IMG/VR virus record: IMGVR_UViG_3300037466_003369
Span: 8,276 to 72,275 of that record
Direction: 5' to 3' (one strand)
Source: a virus
Lineage: Duplodnaviria > Caudoviricetes
Length of the DNA stretch: 64,000 bases
Below, one piece after another: positions 56,296 through 64,000 of the stretch (its first letter is position 1; every line of letters begins with the position of its first letter). The position numbers and the translations under genes are program-made. The notes beneath the pieces were generated by a model. That model saw nothing but the letters and a program-made list of their open reading frames with translations, had not been told where the DNA came from and did not search any database.

Positions 56296-56518
56296 GGCGC
56301 GGGTCCTTGCGGTCGGCGTAGGGGTAGTGGCGGCCGGGCTTCAGCCGCGGGAAGGCGATGCCGCAGCGGCGCGCGACGCTGGCCACGGAGTTGCGGCTGC
56401 GCTTCAGCAGCTTGGCGGCCTCATCGTAGGTGTAGCCGTAGCGCGCGAGCACGAGGACCAGGGCGACGTCCAGGTCGCCCCATTCCCGGCCGGTGCGCCA
56501 GCCGCCGACCGGCATCAC
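56270..56518 (-). CDS. GcrA-like N-terminal HTH protein
   Basis: EWGDLDVALVLVLARYGYTYDEAAKLLKRSRNSVASVARRCGI. Confidence 0.6.
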   Translation of the reverse strand: MMPVGGWRTGREWGDLDVALVLVLARYGYTYDEAAKLLKRSRNSVASVARRCGIAFPRLKPGRHYPYADRKDPRRGRPTPTR

Positions 56519-56790
56519 TTCTTCTCCGGGGCCTGCGGGAGCGCGACCGGCGCCGCGGGCGTCGCGAAGGGCGGCACGACGAGCTGGCCGGCGAGCGGCG
56601 GCGCCGCGGTCAGCTCCCGGCCGCGGGCGCAGAAGGCGAAGGCCACGCCGGGCGCGCCGATCCTCGTCCCGGACTGCAGCTTGGCGTCGCAAGCCGCCGC
56701 CGTGTGGAATTCCAGCGGGCGCATCGTAGCGCCGTCGTAGGCGACCCCGGCTTGGCCGGTGGTCAGCAGGATGACGATGTACCAGATCAC
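56515..56790 (-). CDS. Probably exported hypothetical protein
   Basis: MIWYIVILLTTGQAG; two Cys. Confidence 0.6.
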   Translation of the reverse strand: MIWYIVILLTTGQAGVAYDGATMRPLEFHTAAACDAKLQSGTRIGAPGVAFAFCARGRELTAAPPLAGQLVVPPFATPAAPVALPQAPEKK

Positions 56791-57326
56791 AGGCAACCTC
56801 GCTTTCGGAGTTCGACACAGCAGCGGATGAGGGCGCTGACGTCGTTGCGCGCCCGGTGGGCCTCCTTGAAGCGCTCCTCGAAGAGCAGCTCGTGGAGGGC
56901 CTGGAGGTTGAGGCGATGGCCCCTCAGGTGGACGGTCTGCTCGACGGTGCAGATCACCGGCGGCCACAGCACGTGGAGTCCCTGACGCTCGTACTCGACG
57001 TCCACCATCTCCACGTCGAAGGAGGCGTTGTGGGCGATGACGACCATGGGCGATTGCGCCCACGCGCAGGAGAGCAGGGGCTCAAAGGCGTCGAAGGTCG
57101 GGGCGTCCCTGACCATCTCGTCGTCGATGCCGGTGATCCTGGTGATCTCCTCGGAGATCGGGACGCCGGGGTTCAGGAGGGTGTCCAGCTCCCAGAGGGG
57201 CTCGGGTCCGACGTCGAGGTCGACCATGGCGCCGTAGAACTCGATGATCGACGGTTGCCGCGCCAGCGGGATCAGGCGCGTGTCCAGGAGGCCCGTTGTT
57301 TCCACGTCAAATACAAGGGCTAACAT
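56787..57326 (-). CDS. dnaQ: DEDDh 3'-5' exonuclease (DNA polymerase III epsilon-like)
   Basis: VFDVETTG, IAHNASFD, HRARNDV. Confidence 0.9.
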   Translation of the reverse strand: MLALVFDVETTGLLDTRLIPLARQPSIIEFYGAMVDLDVGPEPLWELDTLLNPGVPISEEITRITGIDDEMVRDAPTFDAFEPLLSCAWAQSPMVVIAHNASFDVEMVDVEYERQGLHVLWPPVICTVEQTVHLRGHRLNLQALHELLFEERFKEAHRARNDVSALIRCCVELRKRGCL

Positions 57327-57805
57327 CGCGCTTTCCTCTTGGCGTCCTGGATGGCACGTCGCCGCTTGATAAAGGCCTGCCGTTCATCAGGAGACATGGA
57401 AGTCCAGAACCGCCTAACTCCTTCGGCGCCGGCCTTGGCCGCGGTCAGGCAAAGCTCCATCGCGTGCGGATGGCGCTCCATGAAGTCCCGACGATTCTCC
57501 TTCTTGGTTCCTGGAATCAGATGCTCGGGATCGATACACTTTTGGTTGTCACAGGTGTGCCGGATGATCTTCCCCGGAGGAATTGGCCCCTTGAAAGCCT
57601 CGTAAGACATCAGGTGCGCCTGCCTAGCCTTGCCGTTGTAATTGGCCTCCGGATAGCGCCCTGGTTTCCCCGTTTTCCATTCCAAGCATCCATCTTCCAG
57701 GCGTACCACCTTCGAGAGCAGGTAGTCCTGGACGGTGGGAAAGCGTTCTCGGTATTTCGCCCATCGTGGGCCAAGTCGGGCGTTAGTGCGTTCTTCGGGT
57801 GCCAT
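57320..57805 (-). mobile_element. Free-standing HNH homing endonuclease
   Basis: DGCLEW, AHLMSYEAFKGPIP...RHTCDNQKCIDPEHL..GTKKEN; lower GC. Confidence 0.85.
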
Positions 57806-57849
57806 TAGATATATATGACAGGGATAATAAAGGAATGAAATAGTGAAGC

Positions 57850-58104
57850 TCACTTCCCTTCACCCTCCTGGGAGAGGGCTTTTCGGCCGGCGGGGGTGAG
57901 GCGGATGATTCCGACGTTGCTCTTTTCTAGCCAGCCTCGCCGGATAAGGCCGGCGCACATATGGTTGGTCGCCGTCGAGCCGTGGCCACTGAATGGTACC
58001 TTCAGGGTCGTGCGGCAAAACCCGTGCTCGCCACACTCCAGCAACCAAATCTGGCCATCTGAGAGTCCTTCCGTCAGCTTCACGCCCTTCGCTTCATCAG
58101 TCAT
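57850..58104 (-). CDS. Winged-helix-like hypothetical protein
   Basis: LIRRGWLE...RLTPAGRKAL. Confidence 0.6.
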   Translation of the reverse strand: MTDEAKGVKLTEGLSDGQIWLLECGEHGFCRTTLKVPFSGHGSTATNHMCAGLIRRGWLEKSNVGIIRLTPAGRKALSQEGEGK

Positions 58105-58573
58105 TTGGGGTTCCTTCCTTCTCCTGTTTGGAGAGGAGGGAATGGGCGCGGCGGAAGTCGGACGGCTTCAAATGCTTAGTCCCGACGTGAACGCTCGTGC
58201 TCATCATGTCCTCGTAGAGGATACGAACGCTCACCATGGGGCCGCCGTACTCGCCCTCAAGCGGCACCTCCGCAAACGGCCTCAGCCCCTCCCTCAACTC
58301 CTCCACCTGCGCCTGAAGGCGTTCGGCGCGAGCCTTCATTGCCGAGAAGCGCTCAACCTGTGTGAAGTTTGCTGCGATCTCTCGCGCCTCGTCCCGCTCC
58401 CCCTCAAGCGCCCTGATCCTGTCGGCGGCGGCGAGGAGGAGTTCGGCTTCTTTCTTGATTCCGTCAGCATGGATCGATACGGAAGGGCCTGCCTGATCGT
58501 AAACCCGCGCGTCCGCGTCAAGTTCGGCACCCCACACCTCCAACTGCTCCACCAACTTCTGATCTTCAGTCAC
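58097..58573 (-). CDS. Coiled-coil hypothetical protein (LREGLRPFA family)
   Basis: Coupled ORF. Confidence 0.65.
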   Translation of the reverse strand: MTEDQKLVEQLEVWGAELDADARVYDQAGPSVSIHADGIKKEAELLLAAADRIRALEGERDEAREIAANFTQVERFSAMKARAERLQAQVEELREGLRPFAEVPLEGEYGGPMVSVRILYEDMMSTSVHVGTKHLKPSDFRRAHSLLSKQEKEGTPND

Positions 58574-58943
58574 GCTCGGCCTCCTGTTGGGAGATGAGGG
58601 TTGGAGGGGCGGGAAGGGGTCGCCAGTGGGTGGGATCGCGCAGTTCGCATACGCAAAAACCGGCGTCAGGATGCCACTGGCAGATTGAGATTAGATCAGA
58701 GAGCGCGGGCGACCATCGCGGGTCTTCTCCCGGCGCAAACACCATGATCGGCTGATCCCTCGGCGCGCTCTCCATCGTCCGCCACTCGTCCTTGGGGAGG
58801 AGGGCGATGATCTGGTCGGCTTTGGCGAGGGCACCCTGGCGGCGTTCAGCCATGCGGGGTCGCACGTGTGCAGGTAGCGCGACGCAGAAAGCATTCGGAT
58901 CAATGATCCTCGCGATCTGCTCGCGGAGTTCCTGTTCAGCCAT
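58566..58943 (-). CDS. DUF551-like protein
   Basis: EWRTMESAPRD...PTHWRPLPAPP. Confidence 0.75.
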   Translation of the reverse strand: MAEQELREQIARIIDPNAFCVALPAHVRPRMAERRQGALAKADQIIALLPKDEWRTMESAPRDQPIMVFAPGEDPRWSPALSDLISICQWHPDAGFCVCELRDPTHWRPLPAPPTLISQQEAERD

Positions 58944-59394
58944 GGGATTGCTCCTGGGAGATGAGGGCCTTTAGGAGGGCGGCGACGGTGGTGAGTGATG
59001 AAGTTGATCGCAAGCATCCATTGCCGTAGGACTGATAATCGTCCGACTGGATGTTCGCGATGTAGTAGAGACCATCTTCGTCGCGGCCGAGACTGAGTTC
59101 CCAGGTGCATCCCGGCAGCACCCGCTCACACAGCGCCAGCGCGGCGTCGGTAAAACCTCTCGCCTCGCACAAGCGAATGAACCGAAGATGGAAAGCTTCA
59201 GCCTCATTATTCAGTGGAACGAGAAGACGCCGAGCGTCGTGCAGGATTTCAAATTCGTTGTCCGTAGACCAGCACGCCCCCGTCGCCCCTTCGACCCTGG
59301 CGAGTAGGGATTTGAGAGTGGGGAGGTCAATGTCCGGCACGGCGAAGGTCTTTCCTGCTCCAGGGCCAACGTCTGTCGGCCTCGCGGTTGTCAT
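58936..59394 (-). CDS. Hypothetical phage protein
   Basis: LLARVEGATG, FTDAALALCERVLPG, ALLKAL. Confidence 0.65.
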   Translation of the reverse strand: MTTARPTDVGPGAGKTFAVPDIDLPTLKSLLARVEGATGACWSTDNEFEILHDARRLLVPLNNEAEAFHLRFIRLCEARGFTDAALALCERVLPGCTWELSLGRDEDGLYYIANIQSDDYQSYGNGCLRSTSSLTTVAALLKALISQEQSHG

Positions 59395-59659
59395 CCATAG
59401 TCAGGCCGGGGTGCATGGTGGTGCGCGTGCTCCAGAAGCGGTCCCACTCCTCGGAGAGCACGGTCGGCGGCCGGTGGATCACGGCGCCGAAGACGATGGC
59501 CCGGTGGTGGTCGAAGTCGAGCGGCCGGCGCTGGAAGGCCGGGCCACGGCCCTCCCAGAAGTCCGTCCATTCGTTGCCGGTGATCGACGGCGGACGCACG
59601 ATCCACAGCGCGCAGACGCGCGCGGAATTGCGGGTCAGCTTCCAGACGATATCAATCAC
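59327..59659 (-). CDS. Trp-rich hypothetical protein
   Basis: GTG overlapping the upstream stop; 3' end overlaps the next gene by about 68 nt. Confidence 0.55.
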   Translation of the reverse strand: MIDIVWKLTRNSARVCALWIVRPPSITGNEWTDFWEGRGPAFQRRPLDFDHHRAIVFGAVIHRPPTVLSEEWDRFWSTRTTMHPGLTMDDNREADRRWPWSRKDLRRAGH

Positions 59660-60087
59660 CGGGTGACCTCTAGTGTCATCAGGCCGGGGATCACGGCGCG
59701 GGCGGCGTCGAGGAAGCGGATGTCCTCGGAGAGGATGAAGGCCGGCTCCCCCATGAGCATCTCCTGGGGCCCGACCTGGATCATCTCGGCCTTGACCTCG
59801 TGGGACGGTCGGAAGTCGGCCGGCTTGCGCATCATCAGCACGTCGCCGGGGACGTCGTGGCGCGCCAGCCACTCCTGGCAGCGGATCATCCAGCCCGAGG
59901 GCTGGTCGGTCACCAGAACGATCTCGACGGCGCTGCGGCGCAGGCCCTGCACCAGGAGGCAGAGGCGCAGGTCCGGCGGGTCGTTGATGGCGGCGGCGTG
60001 GTAGACGTGCCAGTCGCCCTGGGCGCGCAGGTCCTCGCGCCAGCCGGAGAGGCGCAGGGCGTCGAGGTCAACGACTGCGACGGTCAT
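59656..60087 (-). CDS. HAD-fold, polynucleotide 3'-phosphatase-like protein (degenerate motif I)
   Basis: VVDLDAL, WLARHDVP..VLMMRKPADFRPSHEVK. Confidence 0.65.
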   Translation of the reverse strand: MTVAVVDLDALRLSGWREDLRAQGDWHVYHAAAINDPPDLRLCLLVQGLRRSAVEIVLVTDQPSGWMIRCQEWLARHDVPGDVLMMRKPADFRPSHEVKAEMIQVGPQEMLMGEPAFILSEDIRFLDAARAVIPGLMTLEVTR

Positions 60088-60419
60088 CCGGTCTTAGTCC
60101 GGGACGCTGCGCGGTCCAGGCGCTCGATCTCGGCGATGATCAGGGCTCCGGCCCGCACGAGGTCGCGACGGCGGTCCTTGGGCTTCCACCACGAGGTGGG
60201 CCACGGCCATGAGAAGGGGATGACCATGGCCCTGACCTCGTCTCTCCACGTCGAGACCTCGGCATACGACACCGCCGCCTTGGCGAGCTGCCCATTGTCC
60301 TGGTCGTCGTCATGGGCCGGCGCGCGCCCCTCCTCCATGATCTGCCGCACGCGCTCGCTGATCAGCTCGTGGGCTACAGCATCAATCTTGTACAGGTTGG
60401 CGAGGGTGGGTTCGGTCAT
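60084..60419 (-). CDS. Conserved phage protein (ERVRQ...HDD...WPW...RRRDLVRAGALIIAEIERLDR family)
   Basis: Recurring phage motif set. Confidence 0.8.
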   Translation of the reverse strand: MTEPTLANLYKIDAVAHELISERVRQIMEEGRAPAHDDDQDNGQLAKAAVSYAEVSTWRDEVRAMVIPFSWPWPTSWWKPKDRRRDLVRAGALIIAEIERLDRAASRTKTG

Positions 60420-60556
60420 CAGCCTCCGCGCTCCTCGGCTTCTAGGGCATTCCTGCGGCGGTCGATGATCGCCTGGATGGCGTCCTTGTAGCGGTGCGTC
60501 AGGAGACGCCGCACGAGGATTTCGCGCATGTCGTTGGTGAGGCGCACGGAACTCAT
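60419..60556 (-). CDS. 45-aa ORF, possibly a truncated Nmad5-like N-terminus
   Basis: MSSVRLTNDMREILVRRLLTHRY. Confidence 0.45.
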   Translation of the reverse strand: MSSVRLTNDMREILVRRLLTHRYKDAIQAIIDRRRNALEAEERGG

Positions 60557-60756
60557 TTGCAGACGTCCTCCAGCTTGGCGCCGGGCGCGACGCGGGTGAT
60601 CGGATGTCGGTCGTCGTCCGCCGTCCACCACTGGCCGGCGGCGTCGGCGTAGATGTTGGAGGAGAAGCGGCAGGCGGCCATGAGGCGCATCGGCGCGTGG
60701 CGCGGGGCGCAGGCTCCGAGAGCGATCAGGACCGCGGCAAAAAGCGCTTGGTTCAT
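60553..60756 (-). CDS. Small lipoprotein
   Basis: MNQALFAAVLIALGAC lipobox. Confidence 0.72.
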   Translation of the reverse strand: MNQALFAAVLIALGACAPRHAPMRLMAACRFSSNIYADAAGQWWTADDDRHPITRVAPGAKLEDVCK

Positions 60757-61133
60757 GGTTCGAGGCCCTTGGTGTTGGGATTGGAGGGGACATTCTCCAG
60801 GCGCACGGGCACGAAGAGCTGCCAGCCCACCACCACGATGGGGACCACCACGGTCTCGATCAGGACCACGGCCAGGACGGCGTTCCAGACGGACACGCGG
60901 TAGTGGATGTTGGGGTTCTTGTTGTCGTCGGCGTTGACGATCCCGTAGGCCGAGTAGCGATGGCCCTCGACCACGCCGCTGCCGGTGCAGCCGGAGAGGA
61001 TCAGGGATGCAGCGACGAGAGCCACGGCGGCGATCCTGGCGGAGCCGGGCAGCGGACCGCAGCGGCGGCACAGGCGCTGGCCGGAGCGGTCCTTCTTGAT
61101 TCTGGCGTGGCCGCAGCTCGGGCAACTGGCCAT
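60753..61133 (-). CDS. Phage lipoprotein/membrane protein with an N-terminal Cys-knuckle extension
   Basis: LSGC lipobox-like site, YGI...KNPNIHYRVSVWNAVLAVVLIETVVVP. Confidence 0.72.
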   Translation of the reverse strand: MASCPSCGHARIKKDRSGQRLCRRCGPLPGSARIAAVALVAASLILSGCTGSGVVEGHRYSAYGIVNADDNKNPNIHYRVSVWNAVLAVVLIETVVVPIVVVGWQLFVPVRLENVPSNPNTKGLEP

Positions 61134-61224
61134 GACGTCGGTGTTCCTTTCAAGGACGATCTTGGCAGGAGGGACTTCGCCCTTGCGGGTGGAAGTTCGC
61201 CGCGTGTCCCACGCCCCTCCTGCG

Positions 61225-61268
61225 TCCGACCACTCGGACATACTATGTCCGTCGCGCATATGCGCGAC
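61225..61268. promoter_or_regulatory. Three overlapping palindromes (operator-like)
   Basis: TCCGA-N4-TCGGA, CGGACATA-C-TATGTCCG, and perfect 18-bp GTCGCGCATATGCGCGAC. Confidence 0.55.
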
Positions 61269-61328
61269 CCTCGACCACTCCTCTGGGACTCAGGGGCAAG
61301 AGGTCATCGTCGAGGCCATTCTTGTGCG

Positions 61329-61847
61329 TCAGCCGCTGGTCGTATTCGAATCGTCCGGGGTCGGCGGCGCCGGGGGCTGGGGCTGCGCGTCGCCGAAGGT
61401 CTGACCGGCGGCGCCGGGGGCGGCGGCCGGTAGCGCGCGGGCGCCGTGGACGATGTCCAGGTCGGTCAGGCCGATCTGGTCCAGGCCCAGGGACTTGGAC
61501 AGCTCCGCGCGCTTGCGGTTCTCCTCGGCGTCGCCGATGCGGTCGATGACGATCTTCTCCTGGCGCACCATCTCGTCGAATTGCGCGGTGTCCACCCGGC
61601 CCACGATCCAGTCGTAGTCCTGGGGTGAGTCGAAATTCACCCGGAAGTCGATCTCGGTGACCTTGCAGACCGTGAAGCCGTGGCGGGTGCTGGTCCGCAC
61701 CACCACGAAGTCGTCCTTCTTGAGGGTGGGGTCGAGGGTCTTGAACAGCCGGTTGGGGTCATTGTGCTTGGGCACGTCGGGGTCATAGGAGACCCGCACC
61801 GGGCGGACCTCCTTGTTGACCAGCATGATGGCGGAGGTGAGGTTCAT
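61329..61847 (-). CDS. Conserved phage hypothetical protein
   Basis: AAGGGA RBS; FKTLDPTLKKDDFVVV...WIVGRVD. Confidence 0.75.
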   Translation of the reverse strand: MNLTSAIMLVNKEVRPVRVSYDPDVPKHNDPNRLFKTLDPTLKKDDFVVVRTSTRHGFTVCKVTEIDFRVNFDSPQDYDWIVGRVDTAQFDEMVRQEKIVIDRIGDAEENRKRAELSKSLGLDQIGLTDLDIVHGARALPAAAPGAAGQTFGDAQPQPPAPPTPDDSNTTSG

Positions 61848-61873
61848 GGTTCTGTCCCTTCCGATGGGGTTGA

Positions 61874-62713
61874 TCACATGGCGCCGTCGTTGCCGGCGGG
61901 GGCCGGATCGGCCGGGGCGGCGTCGTCGGTGTCGATGGCCTTCTCGCCCGCGGCCATCTGGGCGTTGAGCTTCTGGCCACGGTCGTACTCGGCCTGGGTC
62001 TGCACCCAACCGGCGTCCTGCACCTCGATCACGTTCCACGTGCCGGCGGCGTTGGTGCGCTGCTTGGTGGTCAGCCGGTAGAGGCAGGCCCAGGAAGGCG
62101 CCGAGCCGCCGGGGACCTGCTTGGAGTTCATCAGCACCATCCACTGCTTGGAGACGGTGTGGCCGGTGGACTTGAAGGGGATCACGTAGGGCATGGCCGA
62201 GCCGTCCGGCAGGATGACGTAGCCCACGTGGTAGCGGGTCTCGATCATCTCGTTGCCGTTCGGGCGGACCATCTTCTTCTGCATGGTCCCCGGCTTGTCG
62301 TCGCTCTCGACCTCGGTCTCCACCGCGTCGTCCGGGCAGGTCGGGTAACGACCGACGAGTCCCCCGCCCTTGATGCGCGGGACCCACTCCACCCAGTCCT
62401 TGTCGAAGTAGCAGGGCTGGAACAGGAAGCCCTCGTCGCCGTCGAAGACCGTCTTGGTCCCCTTCAGCCAGAAGTCGCCGTCCTTGGCGCCGTCGATGTA
62501 GTCCGGGCCGCGCCGATTGATCTGCGGGCTGAGGCCCTGCAGGACATAGACCAATGGGATCAGGTTGTCTTCGGCGGCCTGGGACGTGCCCCTGCCGGCG
62601 TCGGCGACGATCTGCGCCTGCAGGAAGGCGGGCGGCGCGGCGCCGGCGGCGCCGGCGGTGACGGTCGGGAGCTGGGGGTCGTGGGCCTGGGTGGAGGTGG
62701 GCGCTTTGGCCAT
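61874..62713 (-). CDS. Putative ssDNA-binding / recombination protein
   Basis: NLIPLVYVLQGLSPQ, DYIDGAKDGDF, WVEWVP..GGGL, acidic C-terminal tail. Confidence 0.7.
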   Translation of the reverse strand: MAKAPTSTQAHDPQLPTVTAGAAGAAPPAFLQAQIVADAGRGTSQAAEDNLIPLVYVLQGLSPQINRRGPDYIDGAKDGDFWLKGTKTVFDGDEGFLFQPCYFDKDWVEWVPRIKGGGLVGRYPTCPDDAVETEVESDDKPGTMQKKMVRPNGNEMIETRYHVGYVILPDGSAMPYVIPFKSTGHTVSKQWMVLMNSKQVPGGSAPSWACLYRLTTKQRTNAAGTWNVIEVQDAGWVQTQAEYDRGQKLNAQMAAGEKAIDTDDAAPADPAPAGNDGAM

Positions 62714-62715
62714 CG

Positions 62716-63369
62716 TCAGTCGTCCTTCGCTTGGTTCTTGGGTGAGCGCTTGGCGCGGGTGTTGTCGGTGGCGGCGAGCGGCTTGATGCGGACCACGCGG
62801 CCCACCGTTCCGCCGATCAGGTCCAGCTTGGGCATCTTCGAGAACTTCTCGACCTGTTCCTTCACCCAGGCCGTCAGGGTGGTGTGGGGCACGTCCAGCT
62901 TCACCTCCGGGGAGAAGCCGGCCTTGCGCAGGCCGCCGATGACGCGGTCGGCCTGCTCGCGGTCGCTGCGACCGAAGGCCAAGGTGACGGTGACCTTGAC
63001 GAGGTCGCCCGCGCCCTCGCCGTCCAGGTAGTCGAAGGCCCTCTGGCGCTTCTCCGGGTCCCAGGAGGCGGCGATGGAGGCGCGGTAGAAGGGGCCGCAT
63101 TGGAAGGTCATCCCAGGAGCGTTGCCGTCCGGCTCCAGGTCCAGGCGGCTCAGCCCGATCTGGTCCATCATGTCGGGGAGAGTCTTGGACTCGGCCTCGA
63201 CGATGCGCTTGTTGACGACCGCGAGCCGATCTTCGAGGTCGGCGGCCTCCTGCTTGTCGGCGCGAACCTCGGCGGCCTTGGCCTTGAGCGCCTCCAGGGC
63301 GCCGGTCGGCGGCGCGGCGGGGGCGTCCTTGATGGCCTGGGCGAGGAAGGCGGGGGGCTCAGTGGACAT
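62716..63369 (-). CDS. Conserved phage replication-cluster protein
   Basis: LPDMMDQIGL, RAFDYL...GAGDLVK, VPHTTLTAWVKE. Confidence 0.72.
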   Translation of the reverse strand: MSTEPPAFLAQAIKDAPAAPPTGALEALKAKAAEVRADKQEAADLEDRLAVVNKRIVEAESKTLPDMMDQIGLSRLDLEPDGNAPGMTFQCGPFYRASIAASWDPEKRQRAFDYLDGEGAGDLVKVTVTLAFGRSDREQADRVIGGLRKAGFSPEVKLDVPHTTLTAWVKEQVEKFSKMPKLDLIGGTVGRVVRIKPLAATDNTRAKRSPKNQAKDD

Positions 63370-63613
63370 CGTGGAACTTCGACGGCATCGCGCGTGTGTC
63401 GTCGTAAGCGCTGCGGCATAGGTCCGAGAGCTTCTGGTAGCAGAGTTGGTGGTCGGCCTCCCGCGTCGCCGGATTATTTTTGGCCAACAGCCCCAGGGCG
63501 ATGCCGGCGCAACTGAAAAGGTCCGCCACGGTGCAAGCGATATCGCCGCCATTCAACGCCAGCGCCATCGCGAAGATGTCGGTCTGGCGGTCGCCGTCCA
63601 TTTGGGTGGTCAT
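63359..63613 (-). CDS. Hypothetical protein
   Basis: ATG overlaps the upstream stop. Confidence 0.55.
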   Translation of the reverse strand: MTTQMDGDRQTDIFAMALALNGGDIACTVADLFSCAGIALGLLAKNNPATREADHQLCYQKLSDLCRSAYDDTRAMPSKFHDVH

Positions 63614-63864
63614 TTCGGATTGCCCAGGTAGTCGAGGCGGAGCGCCTCCGACAGTGGGGGATAGGCGCGGACCACGTCGCGGATCGTCACTGTGAACTCC
63701 TTGACGATCTCGCCGCCGCCCCAGGGCTTGCCGCCAGCGATCCGATAATCGTTCAGGTAGACGCACTCGATCCTGTCCTGCCACTTCACGACGGCGAGCC
63801 GCAGGGGCGCGTCGAGGTCGCCTCGGGACATGCGAGCGGTCTTGGGTTCTTGGGTCTTGGTCAC
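63610..63864 (-). CDS. Hypothetical protein (YLNDYRIAGGKPWGGG family)
   Basis: First gene after the promoter at 63889-63916. Confidence 0.7.
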   Translation of the reverse strand: MTKTQEPKTARMSRGDLDAPLRLAVVKWQDRIECVYLNDYRIAGGKPWGGGEIVKEFTVTIRDVVRAYPPLSEALRLDYLGNPK

Positions 63865-63888
63865 GTTGGCCCCTTCCGATGGAGCGCG

Positions 63889-63916
63889 AGTATGGGGCCC
63901 GGTGAAAAGAAAGCAA
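63889..63916 (-). promoter_or_regulatory. Early promoter TTGCTT-N16-CATACT
   Basis: CACTTGCTTTCTTTTCACCGGGCCCCATACT followed by TCGGAAGG. Confidence 0.72.
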
Positions 63917-64000
63917 GTGGGAAATTTTGCGGCCTGGGGTCGCGCCGCGCGGCTGTCCTATGGACAATTGCCGAGCTTGGATTTTTAGTCGCATCTTCCG

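Overview
This window is most of a high-GC tailed-phage genome with a contractile-tail (myovirus-type) architecture. It is not host chromosome. Several proteins suggest an alphaproteobacterial, probably Caulobacteraceae, host (inference). Bases 1-32.9 kb (+ strand) hold the late module: partial TerL, DUF1073-type portal, MuF, NUDIX-DUF2213 head protein, decoration protein, DUF2184 capsid, neck, DUF3383 sheath, tube, frameshifted chaperone, tape measure, baseplate, fibres and lysis genes. Bases 32.9-64 kb (- strand) hold early/middle genes: thyX, toprim protein, DUF932, SNF2-type helicase, DUF3560, resolvase-like nuclease, dnaE, dnaQ, two homing endonucleases, a C5 methylase and an SSB-like protein, plus an inverted tRNA-Gln. 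No integrase, CRISPR array or reverse transcriptase was seen. The best candidate novel system is a RelA/SpoT-family synthetase domain fused to the portal C-terminus. It faces a convergent 62-aa gene driven by a copy of the phage early promoter, and a NUDIX hydrolase is fused to the neighbouring head protein. A second notable signal is four tail-region proteins with Sec-type signal peptides and even cysteine counts. Family names come from motif recall only; no database search was run.
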